DNA of 64,000 nucleotides. It comes from Myxococcota bacterium. Lineage in GTDB: Bacteria; Myxococcota_A; Polyangia; Polyangiales; Sandaracinaceae. The stretch lies in contig JAYZQJ010000033.1 of NCBI GenBank assembly GCA_036149055.1, positions 64,001 through 128,000 on the forward strand, in the 5' to 3' direction. The position numbers were made by a program, and so were the translations under genes. Under the pieces are notes generated by a model. It had not been told where the DNA came from. It made no database searches and saw nothing but the letters and a program-made list of their open reading frames with translations. Of this stretch, positions 56,580 to 64,000 are shown one piece after another (positions within the stretch are counted from its first letter, which is position 1; each line of letters begins with the position of its first letter).

Positions 56580-59500
56580 TCAGACGTAGAGGAGAATCGT
56601 CTCGACCTCGTCGCCGGTCGCGGCGGCCACCGCCTTCGCGTAGACCTCGAGCTGCGCCGCGTGGTGCACCTTGGCCCCGGTCTCCCGGTCGGTCTTGAAG
56701 TCGACCACCACCCAGCGCCCTCCGTCGCGGTAGGCGAGGTCGACCACGCCCTCGGCGCTGGTGCCGTCGTCGAGCGGCACCGTGATCGGCGCCTCGCGGC
56801 GGCACTCGCCGCGGGTCTCGGCCTCGGCGGCGGCCCGCAGGATGGGGTGCGCGAGGGTGGCCCCGGCCACCGCCGCTGCCGCCTCGATCTCGTCGGGGGG
56901 CGCGTCGAGCAGCCGGCCCTGATGCCGCGCCATCGCCAGCACCTGGGGCGGCTCCGCGTCGAGCGCGCACTCGGCGAGCACCGCGTGCACCAGCGTGCCG
57001 AAGCGCTTGCCGCCCGGCCGGGTCGCGCGCGCGCCCTCGACCTCGACCAGCTTCGGCGCGTGGGTCGTCGCCTCGACCTCGTGGGCGACCGCGGTGACCG
57101 GCCGGACCCTCCAGCTGGCGCGGGCGCCGCGCTCGAGCGTCGCGTCGCGGGCCGCGACCCAGGCCAGGTGCGCCTCGACCCGCGCCGCGCCGCGCCCCTC
57201 GCCGTCGTCCGGCGCCAGCAGCGCGGTGCGGCGGAGGCCGCCGCGCGGGACCCGCCCGAGCTCGAGGGTCGCGGGGTCCCACCACACCACCTCGTGGTCA
57301 CCGAGGCGGTGCAGGCCCGGCCGGACCGACGCCTCCGTGCCCTTCTTCGGGTCGGGGCCCCGATCGAGCACGCTGTCCTCGCCGAAGTCGGGGCAGCCGG
57401 GGGCGGGCTCGGACGCGCGCCGCGCCTCGAACGCCGGATGCAGCGCGCGGTGCAGGGGGTCCACCCAGCCGGGCTGCGCCTCGTCGCCCACGCAGGGCAC
57501 CACCAGCAGCTCCCGCGCGCGGGTCGCGGCGACGTAGGTGAGCCGGACCTCCTCGGCCGCGTCCGCCTCGAGCACCTGCTCGGCGTGCTCGGTCAGCTCC
57601 ACCGGGGCGCAGCCCGCGAGCGGCGCGGCCCAGAGCTTGGCCGCCGAGTCCACGTACCGCGAGGGCCGCCGGTTGGTCACGCCGTGGATCGGGTCGCAGA
57701 GGATCACCACCGGGAACTCGAGGCCCTTGGCCTTGTGCACCGTCATCAGGCGCACCCCCGCCGCGCGCTCCTCGACCACCGGGGCGTCGACGCCCTCGCC
57801 GCGGGCCAGCTTGTCCTCGAGCTGCTCGGTGAAGGCGCGGAAGCTCGCCGTGCCCTGCGCCTCCGCGCTCCGGGCGAGCTCGAGCACCCGCAGCACGTTG
57901 GCGAGGGCCTGCTCGCCGTTCGGCCAGTTGGCGACCCCGGCGTGGGCGCGGGTCGCGTCGAGGAAGCGCGCGAGGGTGTCGGCGATCGGGCGGCGGTTGC
58001 GCTGCCAGTGGAGCTCGCGCAGCGTCTCGAGGGCGTCGGCGACCGGCGAGCGCTCGGCGCCCCAGAGGGCCTCCGCCGGGTGCACGAGCGGGTTGAGCGG
58101 GCCCTGCGTCTCCCGGTGCAGGAGCAGCTCCTCGTCGCTGATGCCGAAGAACGGCCCGCGCAAGGTCGCGTACACGCTGAGCCCGTCCGACGGATGCTCG
58201 ATCGCGCGGAGCGCGGCGGCGAGCGCGAGCACCTCCTCGCGGTCGTGGAAGGCGCGCCCGCCGACCAGCACGTGGGCCAGCCCGCGGGCCTCGAGCGCCT
58301 GCACGTAGGGCGCGAGGAGGCTGCGCCCCCAGCTCGTCGTGCTCCGGAACAGGAGGCAGATGTCCCGCGACTCGAGCGCGCGCGGCTCGCCGGTGATCGG
58401 ATCGTCCACCCGCCAGCCGCTCTCGTTCAGGAGCCAGTCGCAGAAGGCGCCGGTCGCGTCGGCCGCGCTGTCCGACACCGCGTATTTGTAGATCTTGCCC
58501 CAGCGCCCGTAGGGCCGCGGCACCGAGAGGGCCACGACCGAGGGGCGCCCGTCGGGGGGCGGCCGGTGCTCGCCGAGCGGCACGTAGCGGGCCTGCGCGC
58601 CGGTCTCGGAGCCCTGCATGATCGGCGCGAAGGCGGCGTTGATCGCGCGCTGGATGTCCGGGCGGGCGCGGAAGCTGGTGCTCAGCTCGAGGTGCACGAC
58701 GCCCTGCGCCACCAGGCGCTCCTTGATGCGCTCGTAGAGCGAGACGTCGGCGCGGCGGAACCGGTAGATCGACTGCTTCGGGTCGCCGACGACGAAGAGC
58801 TTGCCCGGGGCCGGCGGCGGCGCGCCCTCGGCCAGCATGCCGTCCGCGGGCACGTCTCCGTCGGTGGCGAGCATCAGCAGGATCTCGGCCTGCAGCGGGT
58901 CGGTGTCCTGGAACTCGTCGACGAAGAAGTAGGCGAAGCGGGCGCGCAGCTCGGCCCGCACCGAGGCGTCGGCCTGGATGAGGTCGCGCGCGCGGATGAG
59001 CAGGTCGAGGAAGTCGAGCGTGCCGCTCCGCGCCTTGAGCTGCTCGTAGGCGTCGACCACCGGGCGCAGGTCGCGGGCGAGCACCGGGGCGAGGTCGGCG
59101 CCGGCGCGCTCGAGGAAGCGGTCGAGCTCCTCGGCGAGCGCGTCGCGGCGGGCGAGCACGTCCTGGCGCAGCAGCCCCTCGCCGTACCACTGCCCGAACC
59201 AGCGGTGCTTCCAGATCTCGCGGTCGGTGCGGAGGTCGTAGAGCTCGGCCTCGAGGCCGTCGTGGTCGCGGGCGCGGATCTCCTCGCGCGCGTCGAGCTC
59301 GGCGAGCCAGCGGCCGAGCCGCGAGAGGTTGTGGGCGAGCTTGTCGTTCGGGGCGCTCGCGAGCTCGGCGAGGGCGGCGACGCCGCGGATCGACTCCACG
59401 CACGTGTCGATGGCGGCGTCGCGATCCCAGGGATCCCGGCGCCACTCCGCCGGGTGGTCGCGGCGCCCCACCAGATCGCGCGCCGCCTTGAGCAGCTGCG

Positions 59501-59996
59501 CGCGCGGCCCCCCTCGTCGACGGAGCACCCGGCGCACGCCCTCCGGCGGGTCGGCGAGGGTGCGCTCGAACCAGCGCGAGAAGGCCCGGCCGATGAGCCC
59601 CGCCTCCTGGTCGTCGGTGAGCAGCTCGAGCGCCGGATCGACGCCGGCCTCGACCGGGCGCTCGCGCAACAGATCGGCGCAGAACGCGTGGATGGTGCCG
59701 ATGCGCGCCGCCTCGAGCTCGGCGAGCGCGGCCTCGAAGCGCGCGCGCTCCTCCGGGTCCTCGGCCTCGGCGCGGGCGCGCTCGAGCTCGGCGCGGAGCC
59801 GCAGCTTCATCTCGCCCGACGCCTTCTCGGTGAAGGTGACGGCGACGATCTCCTCGAGCCGCGCCCTCCCGCGGCGGAGGATCGCGATCATGCGCCCGAT
59901 GAGCGCGGTGGTCTTGCCGGTCCCGGCCGCCGCCTCCACCACGAGGCTGACGTCGAGATCCTCGGCGATGCGTCGGCGCGCCTCCGCGTCTCTCAT
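56580..59996 (-). CDS. addA: UvrD-type helicase-nuclease (AddA-like)
   Basis: EAAAGTGKT, VDEFQDTD, VGDPKQSIYRFR, MTVHKAKGLEF, YVAATRA; C-terminal GVVDL..VDFKT nuclease. Confidence 0.9.
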   Translation of the reverse strand: MRDAEARRRIAEDLDVSLVVEAAAGTGKTTALIGRMIAILRRGRARLEEIVAVTFTEKASGEMKLRLRAELERARAEAEDPEERARFEAALAELEAARIGTIHAFCADLLRERPVEAGVDPALELLTDDQEAGLIGRAFSRWFERTLADPPEGVRRVLRRRGGPRAQLLKAARDLVGRRDHPAEWRRDPWDRDAAIDTCVESIRGVAALAELASAPNDKLAHNLSRLGRWLAELDAREEIRARDHDGLEAELYDLRTDREIWKHRWFGQWYGEGLLRQDVLARRDALAEELDRFLERAGADLAPVLARDLRPVVDAYEQLKARSGTLDFLDLLIRARDLIQADASVRAELRARFAYFFVDEFQDTDPLQAEILLMLATDGDVPADGMLAEGAPPPAPGKLFVVGDPKQSIYRFRRADVSLYERIKERLVAQGVVHLELSTSFRARPDIQRAINAAFAPIMQGSETGAQARYVPLGEHRPPPDGRPSVVALSVPRPYGRWGKIYKYAVSDSAADATGAFCDWLLNESGWRVDDPITGEPRALESRDICLLFRSTTSWGRSLLAPYVQALEARGLAHVLVGGRAFHDREEVLALAAALRAIEHPSDGLSVYATLRGPFFGISDEELLLHRETQGPLNPLVHPAEALWGAERSPVADALETLRELHWQRNRRPIADTLARFLDATRAHAGVANWPNGEQALANVLRVLELARSAEAQGTASFRAFTEQLEDKLARGEGVDAPVVEERAAGVRLMTVHKAKGLEFPVVILCDPIHGVTNRRPSRYVDSAAKLWAAPLAGCAPVELTEHAEQVLEADAAEEVRLTYVAATRARELLVVPCVGDEAQPGWVDPLHRALHPAFEARRASEPAPGCPDFGEDSVLDRGPDPKKGTEASVRPGLHRLGDHEVVWWDPATLELGRVPRGGLRRTALLAPDDGEGRGAARVEAHLAWVAARDATLERGARASWRVRPVTAVAHEVEATTHAPKLVEVEGARATRPGGKRFGTLVHAVLAECALDAEPPQVLAMARHQGRLLDAPPDEIEAAAAVAGATLAHPILRAAAEAETRGECRREAPITVPLDDGTSAEGVVDLAYRDGGRWVVVDFKTDRETGAKVHHAAQLEVYAKAVAAATGDEVETILLYV

Positions 59997-62900
59997 GGCT
60001 GCTTCCTCAGCTTCTTCAGCGGCCCGAGGTGTCGGTGCGCCCGGACCTTGCGCGCGGTGCGGTGCGCCTCCTTGGGCCCGCACACCGCGCGGTAGTCGCA
60101 GCGGTCGCAGGCCTTCTCCTCCGGCAGCGCCGGGAAGAAGCCCTCCTCGAAGGCGTGGCTCAGGGTCTCGACCAGCACCCCGATCGCGCGCCGCGCCCGC
60201 TCGTCGAGCGGCACCCCGCGGGACTCGAAGCGCCCCTTGGCCGTGCACCAGTAGAGGCGCCCTCCCCCCACCGTGCGACCCGGGTAGAGCTCCTCGAGCG
60301 CCCGCGCGTAGAGCACCGGCTGGAGGGTGCGGCCGCCCTCGATCACGCCGTGCAGCGCGCGGGCGGCGCCGGTCTTGTGATCGGTCGCCCGGAGCACGCC
60401 GTCGCGCTCCTCCACCAGATCGATCGCGCCCCGCAGGCGCAGCCCCTCGGCGAGCTCCACCGGCGCCTCCCGGCTCGCGGGATCGCGCTCCTCGGTCTTC
60501 GGCAGCCCGAAGCCGAGCTCGAAGCCGACCGGGACCCAGTCCGGGCGCTCGGCCGCGCGCACGAGCCACTCCGCGAGGTCGCTGCGCAGGTCGGTCACCG
60601 CGTCGCGCCACACCCGCTCGATGGCCGGCGCGTGCTCCTCGACGAAGCGAGCCTCGACCTCCTCGATCACGTCCTCGAGCACCGCGCGGGCCTGCTCGAG
60701 CCGCGCCTCGGTCACCGGGAGGAGGCCGCCATCGCGCAGCCGACCGAGGCAACGGAACTGGACCTCGTGGATGAATCGGCCCCGGGTCGCCGGGTCGAGT
60801 GACTCGATCGCCTCCGGCTCCTCGCGCGGCTCGAGGCGCATCACGGCGTCGAGGTAGAAGCGATAGGGGCAGGCGGCGAGCTGCTCGAGCGCGGTGGCGC
60901 TGAAGGCGCGGGCGGAGGGCAGGTGCTTGGCCAGCGCCGCGCGCGCCTCGTCCGACGCGTTGACGAGCCCGTCCGAACGCGACCACTTCCCTTCCCATCG
61001 CGCATAGCGCGCGCGCAGGGCTCGGCCGAGGTGCGGGTTGGCCTGCACGAGGTAGCTCGCCGCGCCGACGACCTCCTTCGGGTCGTCCTCGGCGAGGAGC
61101 TCGTGCAGCACCGCGAGGTCGTACTCCGCCGCGTCGATCGCGCGCGCCGGATCCTCGGGCGCGGGCCAGGCCATGCGCGCCCGGCCGGCGTCCTCGGCCC
61201 GGGCCGCGAGCCGCTCGAAGCTCGGCAGGGTGCCCTCGACCGCGCGCACGACCTCGAGCGCGTAGAACGAGGGGACCCGGGGCCGGCCGCGCTCGGTGTC
61301 GAGGCGCGGATAGGAGAGCACCACCGCCTCCTCGGCCGCGCCGATCGCAAGCCGCAGCGCCAGCCGCTCGGCCTGCACGCGATCCTCGCCGGTGGCCAGC
61401 TCCGGCCCGAGCGCCTCGCGCACCGCGTCGAGCGCGATGGGATCCTCCGACAGCTTCTTCGGGAAGATCTTCTCGGCGAGCCCCGGGACGAACACCCGGG
61501 CGAAGCCGAGCCCGCGCGCCTCGGCGGTGGAGGCGACGTAGAGCTTGCCGGCGGTGGCCGAGCCCGGCCGCTCGACCATCTCGGTGAGCCGCCGGGAGAG
61601 CACGAGGTGCACCTCGGTGAGCCCCACCGGGCCGATCGGCGCCATCGGCGCGAGCTCCCGCAGCACGGCGTGCACCCGCTCGGGCCGACGGATCGCGCGG
61701 GCCGCGAGCGCCTCGAGGCGCCCGATCCACTCGCCCCAGGTCGCCTGCTCGGGCAGCGCCTCGAGCGCCTCGAGCAAGGGCAGGGCGAAGTCCCGGAGGT
61801 GGCCGAGATCGCGGCGCTGCCGGCGCACCGACGCGGCGGCCGGGGCCTCCGGATCCTCGAGGCGCGCCTCGCGCTCGGCGAGGGTGCGCTCGAGGCCGTC
61901 GAGCCGGCGGCGCCAGCGGGCCGCGCCCCCGATCACCGCCGCGTCCACCAGCAGCCGCTCCCAGCGCCACGGCGCGCGCAGGGTGCCGCGCACGACCGGC
62001 GCCTCCGGGTCCCAGCCGCCATCGTCCTCGGGCTCGTCCGGCTCCTCGAAGGGGACGGGGATCACCTCGTCCTCGGGGGGACGCCAGGCCGCCTCCGCCT
62101 CCTCGGGCGGCGCGCCGTCGTCGCCCGCGTCCGGGACGACGCCGAGCGAGAGGTACTCGGAGAAGGCGCGGGCGCTCAGGCCCTCCTCGCGGCAGGCGAG
62201 CAGCGCCAGGAGCGCGCGGCCGGTGGGATCGGGCCGGACGGTGCCCCGGGAGAAGCACGCCGGGATGCGCGCGCGGCGCAGGGCCTCGACGAGGTGCGCG
62301 CGGTAGCGCTCGGGGGCGTGGGTGAGCACGGCCATCCGGTCGAAGGGCAGCCCCTCGTCCGCCGCCTCGAGCACGCGGCGAGCGATCTCGACGCACTCGC
62401 GGCTCTCCCCGGGCGCGCTGAAGAGCTCGACCGTCTCGTCCATCTCTCCGCGCGCCGCGACGTCGGCGAAGAGCTGGTCGCGCAGCCGGTCGAGCGCGCG
62501 GGCGCCGGCCGGTCGCTCGAGCGGCGCGGGCTCGCACCCGAGCGCGCGGGAGAGCCGCCGGAGCGCGGCCGCGTCACCGCTCGGGGAGATCGCCCGCACC
62601 GCGCCGCGGGCCGCGAGCGCGGCGACCAGCCGGGCCTCGAGCGCGTGGGCGAGCGGCGCGTCGAGGAGCAGGGTCGGCGCGTCGAGCAGGGGATGGCCGG
62701 CCGGGTCCTCGGCCCGGGCGACGGCGGCCCGCAGCACGTCGGCGCGGTCGGCGATGCCGGCCCGGGACAGCTCCCGGCGGAAGAGCGCGTGGAGGCGGCC
62801 GAGGTCCGCCGGCAGCGCCGCCTCGTCGATCTCGGCCAGGCCGATCTCGGTGAAGGTCCGGGCCAGCGCCCGCGGGAGCCCGGGCCGATCGGCGACCCGC

Positions 62901-63250
62901 GCGTAGCGCCCGAGCGCGCCCTCGTCGCGCGCGAGGTGGACCATGCGGGCGCACATCGCCTCGAGCACCAGCGGGGTCGCCTGGGCCAGCCCCTGGGCCG
63001 CGAGCCGGGTCGCGCCGAGCCGGGCGGCGAGCTCGGTCAGCGTCACGCGCTGCCAGCCGAACGCGGCCGGCCGCCCCTCCGCCGCCCGCCGGAGCAGGCG
63101 CGAGCCGGCCTCGAGCGTGGGCGCGACGACGAGGAGCGGCGCCGCGGGCGAGTGCCCCGCGATCCAGGCCGCGGCCGCGCGCAGCCGGGTCTCGGCGTCG
63201 GGGGCGTGAAGCAATGCGTGGCGGGGATCGTCGGTCACTTCGTCGGACAC
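59993..63250 (-). CDS. addB: PD-(D/E)XK nuclease with inactive helicase fold (AddB-like)
   Basis: FSATALE....CPYRF, GAIDLVE..DHKTG, LQPVLYA, CDRCDYRAVC (four-Cys Fe-S staple); ATGA overlap with addA. Confidence 0.88.
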   Translation of the reverse strand: MSDEVTDDPRHALLHAPDAETRLRAAAAWIAGHSPAAPLLVVAPTLEAGSRLLRRAAEGRPAAFGWQRVTLTELAARLGATRLAAQGLAQATPLVLEAMCARMVHLARDEGALGRYARVADRPGLPRALARTFTEIGLAEIDEAALPADLGRLHALFRRELSRAGIADRADVLRAAVARAEDPAGHPLLDAPTLLLDAPLAHALEARLVAALAARGAVRAISPSGDAAALRRLSRALGCEPAPLERPAGARALDRLRDQLFADVAARGEMDETVELFSAPGESRECVEIARRVLEAADEGLPFDRMAVLTHAPERYRAHLVEALRRARIPACFSRGTVRPDPTGRALLALLACREEGLSARAFSEYLSLGVVPDAGDDGAPPEEAEAAWRPPEDEVIPVPFEEPDEPEDDGGWDPEAPVVRGTLRAPWRWERLLVDAAVIGGAARWRRRLDGLERTLAEREARLEDPEAPAAASVRRQRRDLGHLRDFALPLLEALEALPEQATWGEWIGRLEALAARAIRRPERVHAVLRELAPMAPIGPVGLTEVHLVLSRRLTEMVERPGSATAGKLYVASTAEARGLGFARVFVPGLAEKIFPKKLSEDPIALDAVREALGPELATGEDRVQAERLALRLAIGAAEEAVVLSYPRLDTERGRPRVPSFYALEVVRAVEGTLPSFERLAARAEDAGRARMAWPAPEDPARAIDAAEYDLAVLHELLAEDDPKEVVGAASYLVQANPHLGRALRARYARWEGKWSRSDGLVNASDEARAALAKHLPSARAFSATALEQLAACPYRFYLDAVMRLEPREEPEAIESLDPATRGRFIHEVQFRCLGRLRDGGLLPVTEARLEQARAVLEDVIEEVEARFVEEHAPAIERVWRDAVTDLRSDLAEWLVRAAERPDWVPVGFELGFGLPKTEERDPASREAPVELAEGLRLRGAIDLVEERDGVLRATDHKTGAARALHGVIEGGRTLQPVLYARALEELYPGRTVGGGRLYWCTAKGRFESRGVPLDERARRAIGVLVETLSHAFEEGFFPALPEEKACDRCDYRAVCGPKEAHRTARKVRAHRHLGPLKKLRKQP

Positions 63251-63365
63251 CGAGGGGAAGGACGCAGGGGGGTCGTGGGTTCTGACGCCGCGGCTTGCCG
63301 AGAGGGCTGCTCCCTGTGACCATGAGGGCCATCGGGGTGGGAGCGGGGCGCCGGAAGACTCGACT

Positions 63366-64000
63366 ATGGCACTGAACGAAGGTCAAGTCCTCGCGGGCAA
63401 GTACCGCATCGAACGTCTGCTCGGCGAGGGCGGCATGGGCGCCGTCTACGTCGCGACGAACAACGTGCTCCAGCGGCGGGTCGCGCTCAAGGTCATGAAC
63501 GAGCGCTTCGCCTCGGTGCCGGCCGCGGTCGAGCGGTTCCACCGCGAGGCGATCGCGGCGTCCAAGGTCAGCCACCCGAGCATCTGCCAGGTCTTCGACG
63601 CGGGGCAGCACGAGGGCAAGCCCTGGATCGCGATGGAGATGCTCGAGGGCGAGAGCCTGGCCGAGCGCATCGAGCGCGGGCCGATGTCGGTGGACGAGGT
63701 CGTCAAGATGGCGACTGGCTCCCTCAGCGCGCTCGCCGAGGTGCACGACGAGGGCATCGTCCACCGCGACCTGAAGCCGGACAACATCTTCCTCGCCCGC
63801 TCGCGCTCCGGGGACTGGGTGCCGAAGGTGCTCGACTTCGGCGTGGCGAAGGACACGAGCGAAGGCCAGCTCAACAAGCTCACCGCCACCGGCGCGGTCG
63901 TCGGCACCGCCTACTACCTCTCGCCGGAGCAGGCGAAGGGGCTGCCCGACATCGACCCGCGCACCGACGTCTACGCCATGGGGGTCGTGCTCTACGAGTG
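63366..64000 (+). CDS. Serine/threonine protein kinase, 3'-truncated by the window edge
   Basis: Hand translation: MALNEGQVLAGKYRIERLLGEGGMGAVY, VALK, HRDLKPDN, DFG, GTAYYLSPEQ. Missing from the ORF track because there is no stop in the window. Confidence 0.95.
   Translation, partial: MALNEGQVLAGKYRIERLLGEGGMGAVYVATNNVLQRRVALKVMNERFASVPAAVERFHREAIAASKVSHPSICQVFDAGQHEGKPWIAMEMLEGESLAERIERGPMSVDEVVKMATGSLSALAEVHDEGIVHRDLKPDNIFLARSRSGDWVPKVLDFGVAKDTSEGQLNKLTATGAVVGTAYYLSPEQAKGLPDIDPRTDVYAMGVVLYE

Noticed and set aside
56580..63250. Helicase plus nuclease pair as a possible anti-phage system
   Set aside because: Order, size and Fe-S staple match housekeeping AddAB-type recombination enzymes.
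63446..63907. 153-aa minus-strand ORF
   Set aside because: Antisense shadow of the plus-strand Ser/Thr kinase.

Overview
Very GC-rich, gene-dense bacterial chromosomal window. A MYXO-CTERM protein, Cys-rich/Kazal lipoproteins, a Ser/Thr kinase and a sigma54 activator point to Myxococcota (inference). Housekeeping content: pheA, asnB, a nine-gene ilvD-ilvB-ilvN-ilvC-leuA-leuC-leuD-cimA-leuB operon, cysS and an addB-addA-like pair. Accessory content: a ~3170-aa all-TPR protein, a PLD3/4-like lipoprotein, a five-repeat propeller protein, a CheB-CheR-PAS-kinase-receiver hybrid, two TetR regulators with visible operators, and several secreted cell-wall or protease-related proteins. Best leads: (1) a split, probably sigma54-dependent sulfur regulon. 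YeeE/YedE pair, rhodanese fused to a zeta(cadmium)-type carbonic-anhydrase-like domain, porin and SulP lie at 15.2-20.8 kb; a persulfide dioxygenase-rhodanese fusion and its activator lie at 42.4-44.9 kb. Three promoters share a triple-hexamer motif 29-30 bp upstream of -24/-12 boxes. (2) A long, probably leaderless Val/Leu/Ile attenuator peptide with terminator and antiterminator. (3) A structured asnB leader with a loop-E motif. No rRNA, tRNA, CRISPR array or mobile element was recognised. Start codons were chosen by eye and no database searches were run.
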